Assembly (NCBI GenBank): GCA_032124675.1
Contig: JAQBDA010000095.1
Location: 594-64,593, forward strand
Origin: Chloroflexota bacterium
Lineage (GTDB): Bacteria; Chloroflexota; Anaerolineae; Anaerolineales; UBA4823
Length of the DNA: 64,000 bases
Direction of reading: 5' to 3'
In this document: positions 1-10,607 of the stretch, piece after piece
How the letters are laid out: every line of letters starts with the position of its first letter
How positions within the stretch are numbered: position 1 is the stretch's first letter
Translations under genes and position numbers: made by a program
The notes under the pieces: model-generated
What the model saw: the letters and a program-made list of their open reading frames with translations, nothing else
Told to the model about the DNA's origin: nothing
Databases searched by the model: none

Positions 1-1
1 G

Positions 2-1105
2 GCCGCGTCTGTAAGCCGCCTGCTGGAGGCGGAGTTCGATGAGCAGGTGGAGGTCGTGCTGCTGCCGCGCGTCATGGGGCACGGCGGTTTCACCGCCCAG
101 GAGATCTCTGTCTCATACCTGGACCGCAACTATGCTGGGGGCAGCCCGCAGATCGTCCTGCACCACGAGCTGGTGCACGCGCTGGACAGCCGCCTGGGTG
201 GCGAGCTGCGGCCGTCCCTGCTGCTGGAGGGACTGGCGGTATACCTGAGCGGCGGGCATTTCAAGCCCGAGCCGCTGCTGCCGCGCGCCGCAGCCCTGCT
301 GGAGATGGGCTGGTACATCCCGCTGCAGGAGCTGGCGGATGATTTCTATCCTGCCCAGCACGAGACCGGCTACCTGCAGGCCGGCGCGCTGGTGGCATAC
401 ATGGTTGATACCTGGGGTTGGGAGGCTTTCTCAGATTTCTACCGCAAAATTACTCCTGCGACTGACGGCGTGCCACCTGGTAGCCGTCAGTCGCAGGCAA
501 TCGATGCCGCGCTGCATGAGCATTTCGCGATCGGTTTTGCGGAGCTGGAACAGGATTTCCTGGAGGCGCTGCGCCGAGAGCCGGTCACCGTGGCGCACCG
601 CCAGGACGTGCGTCTGAGCGTCAGGCTCTACGACCTGGTGCGCCTCTACCAGCAGGCGTTCGACCCTTCAGCCCATTTTATGACCGCCTGGCTGCCGGAT
701 GGAGCGCAGATGCGCGAGCGCGGCATCACCGCGGATTACCTGCGGCACCCGGATGAAGCAGGTAATATTGCCCTGGAAGCGCTGCTTGTAGCTGCAGATA
801 GCTACCTGAAGGAGGGGGATTACACCCGGACTGAAGTGCATCTGCTCGCTGTGGAGCAGGCGCTGTCGGTCGAGCTGGGAGATGCCAGCCTGCTCAACCC
901 GCTGGCGGCGGACAGTCTGGCGTTGGTGAGGCTGCTGCTGGAGCGGGGCTATCAGGTACAGCGTTTGCAGATCGAGGAGCACAAAGCCCGGGTGTGGGGC
1001 ACGGATATCACCGCTGTCACAGCCGGGCAGGAGCTGGTCTTATTCGATCTGGTTCGCAGCCATCCGGGGGAAGGCTGGTCAGTTGTGGAACAGCGCTCTT
1101 ACTGA
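2..1105 (+). CDS. putative zinc metallopeptidase (HExxH, MA-clan-like), 5' end outside window
   Basis: Frame is open from the window edge. HHELVHALD (HExxH) is followed by LLEGLAVY, a gluzincin-like third-ligand region. Stop at 1103-1105. Confidence 0.6.
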   Translation, partial: AASVSRLLEAEFDEQVEVVLLPRVMGHGGFTAQEISVSYLDRNYAGGSPQIVLHHELVHALDSRLGGELRPSLLLEGLAVYLSGGHFKPEPLLPRAAALLEMGWYIPLQELADDFYPAQHETGYLQAGALVAYMVDTWGWEAFSDFYRKITPATDGVPPGSRQSQAIDAALHEHFAIGFAELEQDFLEALRREPVTVAHRQDVRLSVRLYDLVRLYQQAFDPSAHFMTAWLPDGAQMRERGITADYLRHPDEAGNIALEALLVAADSYLKEGDYTRTEVHLLAVEQALSVELGDASLLNPLAADSLALVRLLLERGYQVQRLQIEEHKARVWGTDITAVTAGQELVLFDLVRSHPGEGWSVVEQRSY

Positions 1106-1776
1106 CAGGCAGGATACCCGAGCAGCAGGTTGGTGAGCAGGTTGGTCGCCGAATCGAACGGCGTGACACAGTATAGGTTGAGCTGGTCGAAGGCGATGCC
1201 GCCGGCAGCGATCACGCACAGGATCACCACCAGACAGCCGCAGCCCGCCAGCAGCAGTGTGCGGTTGCTTCTTTTTTCCTCTGGCAGGGGTTCATAATAA
1301 GGCTCTGCGGGGCCTGGGAGCATCTGGCTCTCGTAGGTCGACTGCGCTGCAGACGGGTGTGAGACTTCCCCGGTGCGGGCAGTTGGCCCAGGGGGAGGCT
1401 GAGAAGTCGCCGGTGGGGGGATAAAGCTGGCCGGCTGGCTGGCGGCAGCCACCACCGTCTCACCGGCCTCGTAGCTGGTCTCGAATACCAGACTCACATT
1501 TTCGCCCAACATGATCAGCTCATTCGGTCGCAGGACGTGCGGACCCATCAGCCGCTGGCCGTTGACGAACGTACCGTTGGTCGACCCCAGGTCTTCCAGC
1601 ACGTACCCACCGGCCTGTATCTCCATACGCGCGTGTTTGCGGGAGACCTCAGCGTCGTTGATCACCACATCGTTGTGGATATCCCGCCCGATATAGATCT
1701 CGCTTTTGGTCAGTTCGTATGCCTTACCCGGTGCCGATCCTGAGCGCATGATCAGATGAAACTTTAACGAAGCCAT
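1099..1776 (-). CDS. FHA domain protein with Pro-rich linker and C-terminal TM anchor
   Basis: FHA signature IGRD..VVINDAEVSRKHARM..YVLEDLGSTNGTFVNG. Hydrophobic C-terminal helix. Start moved to ATG 1776, which is preceded by GGAGAAAG. Confidence 0.85.
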   Translation of the reverse strand: MASLKFHLIMRSGSAPGKAYELTKSEIYIGRDIHNDVVINDAEVSRKHARMEIQAGGYVLEDLGSTNGTFVNGQRLMGPHVLRPNELIMLGENVSLVFETSYEAGETVVAAASQPASFIPPPATSQPPPGPTARTGEVSHPSAAQSTYESQMLPGPAEPYYEPLPEEKRSNRTLLLAGCGCLVVILCVIAAGGIAFDQLNLYCVTPFDSATNLLTNLLLGYPACQ

Positions 1777-1860
1777 TGCTCTTTCTCCTGCGTTAAGTGT
1801 ACTGAGTTTTTCGAAGCATGTCAAACCTATTCTTTACCCTGCCGGACTGGGAGTCCCCTC

Positions 1861-3828
1861 TCAGGGCGAAACGGCGAGCAGCACCGGCAGGTAAGCGGTG
1901 TAATGGATGACCGGCGGGCCAGTGACCGTAACCGGATGGCTTGTGGCGGTGCAGTTCTCCACGCTCATACTGACCGTGTAGGTATCGCTGACCGTGTAGG
2001 TGTGTGAAACGACCTTGCCGCTGGCTGAATGCCCGTCGCCGAAATCCCAGCTGTAGCTGATGGGCAGGGTGCTGGTGATGCCGGCCGTGCCGGTGAAGAC
2101 CACCGGCATGCCGCTCAGCGGTTCGGCTGGGGCGTAGCTGAAATCTGCTCCCTGGATGTAGCAAGGTTCGAGCTGGATGTCCAGGGTGGTGGTCATGCCT
2201 GTGCTGATGCCGATCCCGCCGGCTGTGTAAGGCAGGTAACCGTCCGCCTGGGCGGTGACCGTGTACGCCCCGGTTGCCAATTGCAGCCCGTAGCTGCCAG
2301 CGGTGCCGCTGATGGTAGTTAGCTGTTCCCCAGAAGAGCGGTTAACGCTGATACTGGCTCCTGATACATGCGTACCGATACCCGCGGTACTGATCTCGCC
2401 GTTCAGGTAGCCCTTGTTCAGGCAGCCCATATGCGCCATCGTGCCCAGCGCGGCTTTGATGAAGTCGGTGAAATAGGTTATATTCAGGGTTTCAACCTGG
2501 TCGTTCGTGGTGTGGTAGTAGGGTGTGAAGTCGTCATCGTCTTCGATACCCAGGATCGCCGGATAGCCAAAACTCCAGAAGGAGTAGTGGTCGCTGGCGG
2601 AGATGCCGTCTGGGACGAACTGTGGGGTTAGGTTGATGTTATAGGTGTCCACTACATCGGCGAACAGGTTTGCGATCGCCAGGTCGTCCGGGTTGCTCGG
2701 TCGGGTGTGAAGCTCGATATTAGGGTTTTGGTCGGAGTTGTAGCCGATCATATCCAGGTTGAGCACCGCCTCGATGTTTTCGCCGTTGTTGTAGGCCTGC
2801 TGGGCGTAAGCCTCGCTCCCAATTAGCCCTTGCTCCTCGCCGGTGAACAAGGCATAGCGCAGGGTGCAGTCGAACTCGTACTGGCTGAGGATATCGGCCA
2901 CGACCAGCACGCCGGTCGAACCACTGGCATTGTCGTCCGCGCCCGGGGCATAGGTGGAGGGGGTCTGAGAGGTGCTGTCCAGGTGGGCGGTGATCAGGAA
3001 GATGCGCCCCGGCTGGGACAGACCGCTTTGCTCGGCCACCACATTGCGCCGTAAGTCGCTGCCCGTCAGCGTGTAAGTAAAATATTCGGTCGGCAATCCA
3101 AGGCTGGCGAAGTGTTCGTATACATACTGGGTTGCCTTCTGCATCGGCTCAACGGTGTGGGAATTGCGGGTCAGGATGGTATATGGCTGGCTTCCTATCG
3201 TAACCGGGAACTCGCCGCTCAACCCGGCATCGTAGCTATTGACGGTAGAGGTGGACACCTGGTCGATCATAGCCTGGATTGCGGGATCATGGGTGACAGC
3301 TTCGGGCCAGGCACCCAGACGCTGTCCGGGGAGCACCAGCGGGTGGAGCAACAGGCGCACGACCTCGATACCCGGGGCAGCAAGAGACTCGACCTGTGCC
3401 TGGGTGGCTTTTACCAGCGCCGTTCGCCCCTCTCGCTCCAGGACGCGGCTGTTCTTCCCGGCTTGCTCCAGGTCGGCCGCGCTGCGCGCATGCAGCAGGT
3501 AGTAGCCGCCTGCCTGCACCTCGCTGTCCAGGACTCTGACCTGCAAGCCCAGATCGGAAATCGCCTGCCTCTGGGCGGGGCCGCCCGGCAGCAGCAGGTA
3601 TTCCACCCTGGTTTCACCATGCCCGGTTTCACCGGGCCCGGATTGGCTAAACAGCTGGGCGTACACCGGGACACCGGCGAAGTTTTCCAACTGGCGGGGG
3701 TTGTGCAGGTCGATGCGCAGCAGTGCCTGGTTGGGTACAGCCCCCTGGGCTGGGGTGGATGTCAGGACCAGGATGGTGGTCAATGCCAGCAGCAGGCGCA
3801 GAATTACCCCGCCTGGAGAATGGGTCAA
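1861..3828 (-). CDS. secreted M28 family aminopeptidase with C-terminal Ig-like/PKD domains
   Basis: Signal peptide. M28 motifs AHLDS, ADDNASGS, FTGEEQGLIGS. PKD-like SYSWDFGDGHSASG. TTG start overlaps the lipB stop (TTGA), with GAGGAG 8 nt upstream. Confidence 0.85.
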   Translation of the reverse strand: MTHSPGGVILRLLLALTTILVLTSTPAQGAVPNQALLRIDLHNPRQLENFAGVPVYAQLFSQSGPGETGHGETRVEYLLLPGGPAQRQAISDLGLQVRVLDSEVQAGGYYLLHARSAADLEQAGKNSRVLEREGRTALVKATQAQVESLAAPGIEVVRLLLHPLVLPGQRLGAWPEAVTHDPAIQAMIDQVSTSTVNSYDAGLSGEFPVTIGSQPYTILTRNSHTVEPMQKATQYVYEHFASLGLPTEYFTYTLTGSDLRRNVVAEQSGLSQPGRIFLITAHLDSTSQTPSTYAPGADDNASGSTGVLVVADILSQYEFDCTLRYALFTGEEQGLIGSEAYAQQAYNNGENIEAVLNLDMIGYNSDQNPNIELHTRPSNPDDLAIANLFADVVDTYNINLTPQFVPDGISASDHYSFWSFGYPAILGIEDDDDFTPYYHTTNDQVETLNITYFTDFIKAALGTMAHMGCLNKGYLNGEISTAGIGTHVSGASISVNRSSGEQLTTISGTAGSYGLQLATGAYTVTAQADGYLPYTAGGIGISTGMTTTLDIQLEPCYIQGADFSYAPAEPLSGMPVVFTGTAGITSTLPISYSWDFGDGHSASGKVVSHTYTVSDTYTVSMSVENCTATSHPVTVTGPPVIHYTAYLPVLLAVSP

Positions 3829-4625
3829 GTTTGCAGCTCCTCTACGATGATATTGTACTTATAAGTCCTGGCGAATGCTCTAGCTACCACCTCAGCCACC
3901 TCATCCACTGTCGGCGGTGGGTGCAATATCTCTGCCAGGCTGGCGACCGGGTAGCCGACCAGCCCGCAGCCGACAATCCCACCCCAATAGCTCATATCCG
4001 GGTTCACATTCAGCGCAAACCCGTGCCGGGAGACTCCTCTGGCATCCACCTTGACACCGATGGCCGCGATCTTGGCCGCCGTATCACCTGCATCTGATCC
4101 AGGGCTGGCGCTCACCACTCCTATCTCGCCCCTCCTAATCCCTAATTCATCACTCGCCTCTCCCCGCGCCACCCATACCCCGGTCATCCCCTGCACCTGG
4201 AAAGCGGCAGCACCCAGCCGGGCCAGGGCCATGATCAGTGTCTGTTCCAGGCGGCGTACATAGCCGACATAGTCTGCCTGCGGCATGCGCGGCGAGCCGC
4301 TTGCCGGGTCGGCGCGCAGCCCGCCGGGAGCCAGGGGCAGCAGCGGGTAGCCTACCAGCTGTCCGGGGCCGTGATAGGTGACGTCCCCGCCGCGGTCTAC
4401 CCAGTGCACCGCGATGCCGCGCTGGGCCAGCTCGGCTTCGTCCCACAGCAGGTTTTCGATATGGCCGCGCCGTCCAAAGGTATAGGTATGTGGGTGTTCC
4501 AGCAGCAGCAAGGTCGGCGGGCGCTCCCCGGATGCGATCTCTGCAGCCAGCTCATTCTGGAGGCGCCAGGCAGCTTCGTATTCGATCACCCCTAGGCGAT
4601 GTACCACACAAGTGCTTTCTATCAC
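3825..4625 (-). CDS. lipB: lipoyl(octanoyl) transferase
   Basis: RGGDVTYHGPGQLVGYPLL and KIAAIGVKV..RHGFALNV motifs typical of LipB. Confidence 0.9.
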   Translation of the reverse strand: MIESTCVVHRLGVIEYEAAWRLQNELAAEIASGERPPTLLLLEHPHTYTFGRRGHIENLLWDEAELAQRGIAVHWVDRGGDVTYHGPGQLVGYPLLPLAPGGLRADPASGSPRMPQADYVGYVRRLEQTLIMALARLGAAAFQVQGMTGVWVARGEASDELGIRRGEIGVVSASPGSDAGDTAAKIAAIGVKVDARGVSRHGFALNVNPDMSYWGGIVGCGLVGYPVASLAEILHPPPTVDEVAEVVARAFARTYKYNIIVEELQT

Positions 4626-4663
4626 GGGGGTGAGTATAAATCAGCCCGGAAGAATGAGCAAGG

Positions 4664-4681
4664 GGAAGGCCTAGGCCTTCC
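4664..4681 (-). terminator. palindromic hairpin immediately after the argH stop
   Basis: Perfect palindrome GGAAGGCCTAGGCCTTCC abuts the argH TAA. The downstream tract is only weakly U-rich. Confidence 0.4.
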
Positions 4682-6058
4682 TTAAAGTTCCCGGTCGAGC
4701 GCAGCCTGGGCAGACAGGATTTGCACTTCCACTGCGGACGGGGCGGTACCGCCGTAGGCACGGCGGCGGTTTACGCTTCTACTCGCGCTGAACACCTGCA
4801 CCACATCGGAGTCGAACTGCGGGCTGATCGACCAGTATTCATCCATGTCCATTTCATCCAGGGTTTTGCCCAGCCGCCCGGACAGTTTGACTACCTTCCC
4901 CACCAGGGTGTGCGCTTGCCGGAACGGGATGCCTTTTTCGACCAGGTAATCCGCCAGGTCGGTAGCCATCAGATCTGCTCCCAACCCGGAATGCATTCGT
5001 TCGCCCTGGATCGACAGACCTTTGACAGCGTTCGCCAGCACCGGTAGCAGGACGCTCAGGGTATCCCAGGCGTTGAAGACCGGCACTTTATCCTCCTGCA
5101 GGTCCTTATCATAGGCTGAGGGCAGGCCTTTCAATGTGGTCATCAGCCCCACCAGGTAGCCCAACAAAGCCCCGCTTTTGCCGCGCGCCAGCTCAAACAC
5201 GTCCGGATTTCTCTTCTGCGGCATCAGGCTGGAGCCGGTCGTGTAGGCGTCTGGCAGGGTGAAGTAGCCAAATTCGGCACTGGAGAACAGGATCACGGCT
5301 TCCGCAAGCCTGCTCAAATGGATCCCAACCAGCGCGGCACAGAACAGGAACTCGGCGGCGAAATCCCGGTCGGAGACGGCATCGATGCTGTTCTCGGATA
5401 CGGCGGCGAAGCCCAGCTCGGCCGCGATAGCCTCCCGGTCGATGGGGAAGGGCGTCCCCGCCAGCGCACCCGAGCCGAGCGGCAGCACTGCTGTGCGCTC
5501 CCTCAGCCCTCTCAGCCGCCCCCTGTCACGCTCCAGCGGCCAGAAGTGGGATAACCACCAGTGGCTGAGCAGGACCGGCTGGGCGGGCTGCAGATGAGTG
5601 TAGCCGGGCATGAGCGTGCCCATATCCACACGGGCGCGATCCAGCAAGGCGCCTTGCAGCCCGCGCAGCTCCTCATCCAAAGCCGGCAGGTGGTCCAGCA
5701 GCCATAGGCGCAGGTCGGTCGCGACCTGGTCGTTGCGGCTCCGCCCGCTGTGCAGTTTCCCTGCCAACGCCCCGATCAGCTCCCCAAGCCGCCGCTCGAC
5801 AGCCGTATGGATATCTTCGTCCTGCTCCTGGAAGGGGAATGTCTCGTTCTGGAACTCAGCCTCGATCACACCCAGACCGGCACGGATTTGTGCGCTTTCC
5901 TCGCCGGAAAGGATGCCTGCACTCTCCAGCGCCGCAGCCCATGCCAGGCTGCCGCGCACATCCTGGATCGCCAGCCGCCGGTCGAATTCGATCGACGCGT
6001 TCAGCTTCCAGGCCGCAGCATCGAGCCTATCTGAGAAACGACCGCCCCATAGTTTCAT
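4682..6058 (-). CDS. argH: argininosuccinate lyase
   Basis: MKLWGGRFS start and the fumarate-lyase signature GSSLMPQKRNPD. AAGGAGGG RBS. Confidence 0.95.
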   Translation of the reverse strand: MKLWGGRFSDRLDAAAWKLNASIEFDRRLAIQDVRGSLAWAAALESAGILSGEESAQIRAGLGVIEAEFQNETFPFQEQDEDIHTAVERRLGELIGALAGKLHSGRSRNDQVATDLRLWLLDHLPALDEELRGLQGALLDRARVDMGTLMPGYTHLQPAQPVLLSHWWLSHFWPLERDRGRLRGLRERTAVLPLGSGALAGTPFPIDREAIAAELGFAAVSENSIDAVSDRDFAAEFLFCAALVGIHLSRLAEAVILFSSAEFGYFTLPDAYTTGSSLMPQKRNPDVFELARGKSGALLGYLVGLMTTLKGLPSAYDKDLQEDKVPVFNAWDTLSVLLPVLANAVKGLSIQGERMHSGLGADLMATDLADYLVEKGIPFRQAHTLVGKVVKLSGRLGKTLDEMDMDEYWSISPQFDSDVVQVFSASRSVNRRRAYGGTAPSAVEVQILSAQAALDREL

Positions 6059-6140
6059 TCGAATCCCTCCTTGGTTATATGGATGGCAAGTCTCACACCC
6101 GCCGGAGAAGTCACTTAAGCACAGATAATTTTACCTGCTC

Positions 6141-7400
<1,260 letters not shown>

Positions 7401-7471
7401 AGTTACCTCCTTCACAGAATGAAGACCTTGGTTTTACGCAGTTGATGGATATGCTGAATCTGCGTAACTGC

Positions 7472-7617
7472 AAAAAAACCTCCCTGGGAAGGGAGGCTTG
7501 TCCGGCAGGATAAATGCTAACTGACTATCTGGATAGACGCCGAAGCCCGAACTTCCCGGAGCGGGAGTTACGGGGACGACGGGCGCGGATCAGGACATTG
7601 AACGAGATGGCGTGCAT
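7472..7617 (-). promoter_or_regulatory. argG leader: small Arg-rich ORF plus intrinsic terminator (candidate attenuator)
   Basis: Minus strand. ORF 7617-7525 encodes MHAISFNVLIRARRPRNSRSGKFGLRRLSR. Hairpin CCTCCC-TTCCCA-GGGAGG followed by U7 at 7497-7472, about 70 nt before the argG start. Confidence 0.45.
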
Positions 7618-7627
7618 ATTGGGCTGG

Positions 7628-7656
7628 AGTTTATCATCCCGTTAATAGTTCGTCAA
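7628..7656 (-). promoter_or_regulatory. candidate promoter of the argG leader
   Basis: TTGACG (7656-7651), 17-nt spacer, TAAACT (7633-7628). Confidence 0.4.
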
Positions 7657-7833
7657 GGTGGGTTTCGTCCATAATCGGGCTAGATGTTTTATCTCAACCT
7701 TGCATGAGCCGAACTCCTGTTCTACACTCCTCATATATCCTGCTAATATGATTCCAACACACACATTCTATAATGTTCAGTGTGGGCAATTGACAGCCCA
7801 AATTGTGCTATTCGTTGAGCAGGATGGAGAACT

Positions 7834-10422
7834 ATGGATCTGAATAAATACACACAAAAATCTCAGGAGGCGATCCTGAGCGCCCAACGCCTGACAGAGG
7901 AGATTAACCACCAGACGATCGAGCCCGCCCACCTGCTGCTGGCGCTGCTGCGCCAGGAGGATGGCGTTGTGCCGGCGGTCGTCACCCAGGTGGCCGGCAG
8001 CGTGACCGCGCTGCGCGAGGAGCTGACCCAGGAGCTGGATAAGCGACCAAAAGTATACGGAGGGAGCAGTGAGGTCGGTCTGGCACGTTCGACTGCCGAT
8101 GCACTGGCTGCGGCTGAGCGCTACGCCAAAGGCATGCAGGACGAATATGTCTCCACAGAGCATATCCTGCTGGGACTGACGGACAGCCCAGAAGGCAAAC
8201 GCTTGTCGCAGTTCGGGTTGGACAAGGACGCCATCCTGAAAGCGCTTCGTGCGGTGCGTGGGGCGCAGCGGGTGACCACCCAGAGCCCGGAGAGCACCTA
8301 CCAGGCACTGGAGAAATACGGTCGCGATCTGACCGCCCTGGCGCGCCAGGGGAAGATGGACCCGGTGATCGGTCGTGATGAGGAGATCCGCCGCGTGGTG
8401 CAAATCCTCTCGCGACGTACCAAGAACAACCCGGCCCTGATCGGTGACCCCGGCGTGGGCAAGACGGCAATTGTCGAAGGTCTGGCGCAGCGCATGGTCA
8501 ACGGGGATGTGCCGGAAGGGCTTAAGCACAAACGTCTGGTGCAGCTTGATATGGGTGCTCTGGTCGCAGGAGCAAAATACCGTGGCGAGTTCGAGGAGCG
8601 CCTCAAGGCTGTGCTGCAGGAGATCACTGAGGCAGCCGGCGAGATTATTCTGTTTCTGGATGAGATGCACACCGTAGTCGGTGCAGGGGCAGCCGAAGGT
8701 GCGATGGATGCCGGCAACATGCTCAAGCCCATGCTGGCGCGCGGCGAGCTGCACATGATCGGTGCCACAACTGTAGACGAATACCGCAAGCATGTGGAGA
8801 AAGACCCTGCCCTGGAGCGCCGCTTTCAGCCGGTCTATGTCGATGAGCCCAGTGTGGAGGAGACGATCAGCATCCTGCGCGGCTTGAAAGAGCGCTACGA
8901 AGTGCATCACGGCGTGCGCATCACCGACCCGGCAGTGATCGCCGCGGCGACATTATCCAACCGCTATATCGCCGACCGCCACCTGCCGGACAAAGCCATC
9001 GACCTGATCGATGAAGCCGCAGCCCGCCTACGCACAGAGATCGACTCCAAGCCGCAGGCGCTGGACGAGGTCGACCGCCAGATCATGCAGCTGGAGATAG
9101 AGCGCGAGGCGCTGAAGAAAGAGAAAGACAAAGCCTCCAAGGAGCGGCTGGAAAGGCTGGAGCGCGAGCTGGCAGATATCCGTGAAAATTCCAGCCAACT
9201 GCACGCCCGCTGGCAGACCGAGGTAACTGCCATTGCCGAGCTGCGGAACGTTAAAGAGCAGATCGAACAGACCCGGCTGGAGATCGAGCAGGCCGAACGC
9301 CGTGCCGAACTGGAAAAAGTAGCTCGCCTGCGCTACGGCACACTGCGAGAGCTGGAAGAACGCCTAGTAGAGGGAGAGGCGCGCCTGAAAGCGCTCCAGG
9401 TGCAGGGTGCGCTGCTCAAAGAAGAGGTGGATCCCGAAGAGATCGGGCTGGTGGTCTCGCTCTGGACGGGCATCCCGGTTTCACGCCTGTTGGAGGGCGA
9501 GATGGAGAAGCTGGTCCAGATGGAGTTGCGCCTGCACCAACGGGTGGTGGGGCAGGAAGATGCCCTGCGCGCGGTTGCCAACGCTGTGCGCCGCTCTCGC
9601 GCCGGGCTTCAGGACCCCAACCGCCCGATCGGCTCGTTCATCTTCCTGGGTCCAACCGGGGTCGGCAAGACCGAGCTGGCACGCGCCCTGGCAGAGTTCC
9701 TGTTCGATGACGAGCGCTCCATGGTGCGCATCGATATGAGCGAGTACCAGGAGAAGCATACAGTATCACGGCTGCTGGGTGCCCCTCCCGGCTATATTGG
9801 CTACGATGAGGGCGGGCAGCTGACCGAATCGGTCCGCCGCCGCCCGTACAGCGTGGTGCTGTTCGATGAGATCGAGAAAGCCCATCCGGAGGTCTTCAAC
9901 GTCCTGCTGCAGCTGCTGGATGACGGTCGCCTGACCGATGGTCAAGGGCGCACGGTAGACTTCCGCAACACGGTGGTGATCATGACCTCCAACCTGGGCA
10001 ACACCCTTTGGGAAGGCGGTCGCCAGGTGTCGCGCGACGAGATCACCCGCGTGCTGCAGGCCCATTTCCGCCCTGAGTTCCTCAACCGCATCGATGAGAT
10101 CGTGGTCTTCCACCAGCTCAGCCGCGAGCACCTGGCGGAGATCGTCGATATCCAGCTGCGTCACGTGGTCGACCGGTTGGCAGAGCGCGGCTATGCCCTG
10201 GAGGTCAGCGAGGCGGCGCGTGAATATCTAGCAGATGTAGGCTACGACCCGGACTTCGGCGCTCGACCGCTCAAGCGCGCCATCCAGAGGGAGCTGCAGG
10301 ACCCGCTGGCGCTGCAGTTGCTCTCCGGCGAGTTCCACGAAGGCAACCTGATCCGCGTCGATCGCGGCCCGGATGGGCTGACCTTCACCCCGGTTGTGCA
10401 GGCGGAAGTGATAGAAGAATAA
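7834..10422 (+). CDS. clpB: ATP-dependent chaperone ClpB
   Basis: 862 aa. Clp N domain, two AAA+ modules ([16 protein letters not shown]) and a long coiled-coil M-domain. Confidence 0.97.
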   Translation: MDLNKYTQKSQEAILSAQRLTEEINHQTIEPAHLLLALLRQEDGVVPAVVTQVAGSVTALREELTQELDKRPKVYGGSSEVGLARSTADALAAAERYAKGMQDEYVSTEHILLGLTDSPEGKRLSQFGLDKDAILKALRAVRGAQRVTTQSPESTYQALEKYGRDLTALARQGKMDPVIGRDEEIRRVVQILSRRTKNNPALIGDPGVGKTAIVEGLAQRMVNGDVPEGLKHKRLVQLDMGALVAGAKYRGEFEERLKAVLQEITEAAGEIILFLDEMHTVVGAGAAEGAMDAGNMLKPMLARGELHMIGATTVDEYRKHVEKDPALERRFQPVYVDEPSVEETISILRGLKERYEVHHGVRITDPAVIAAATLSNRYIADRHLPDKAIDLIDEAAARLRTEIDSKPQALDEVDRQIMQLEIEREALKKEKDKASKERLERLERELADIRENSSQLHARWQTEVTAIAELRNVKEQIEQTRLEIEQAERRAELEKVARLRYGTLRELEERLVEGEARLKALQVQGALLKEEVDPEEIGLVVSLWTGIPVSRLLEGEMEKLVQMELRLHQRVVGQEDALRAVANAVRRSRAGLQDPNRPIGSFIFLGPTGVGKTELARALAEFLFDDERSMVRIDMSEYQEKHTVSRLLGAPPGYIGYDEGGQLTESVRRRPYSVVLFDEIEKAHPEVFNVLLQLLDDGRLTDGQGRTVDFRNTVVIMTSNLGNTLWEGGRQVSRDEITRVLQAHFRPEFLNRIDEIVVFHQLSREHLAEIVDIQLRHVVDRLAERGYALEVSEAAREYLADVGYDPDFGARPLKRAIQRELQDPLALQLLSGEFHEGNLIRVDRGPDGLTFTPVVQAEVIEE

Positions 10423-10445
10423 GTCTTATTACAAAATCTCCCAAA

Positions 10446-10482
10446 CCTCCCGTAGGTTCGTACCTGTGGGAGGTTTTCTTTT
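10446..10482 (+). terminator. intrinsic terminator after clpB
   Basis: CCTCCC..GGGAGG stem with inner AGGT/ACCT pairing, followed by TTTTCTTTT. Confidence 0.8.
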
Positions 10483-10607
10483 AATCGGGTAGAATCTTAC
10501 TCTGCCAAGTGCTATGCTACCCGTAACCATGCTCTCGCATGGTACTGGAACACCTGACACCGTAACACGTGACACCGATTAAACACAGATTTAGAGGAGA
10601 AAAAACC

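Noticed and set aside
7658-7833. CIRCE or HAIR heat-shock operator upstream of clpB
   Set aside because: No match to TTAGCACTC-N9-GAGTGCTAA or CTTGAGT-N7-ACTCAAG was seen. Only a TATAAT at 7769-7774 and weak imperfect repeats are present.
7777-8910. 377-aa ORF antisense to clpB
   Set aside because: It lies entirely inside the strongly recognisable clpB frame. Its composition (Arg/Leu/His/Gln-rich, no motifs) is typical of open antisense frames in G+C-rich DNA.
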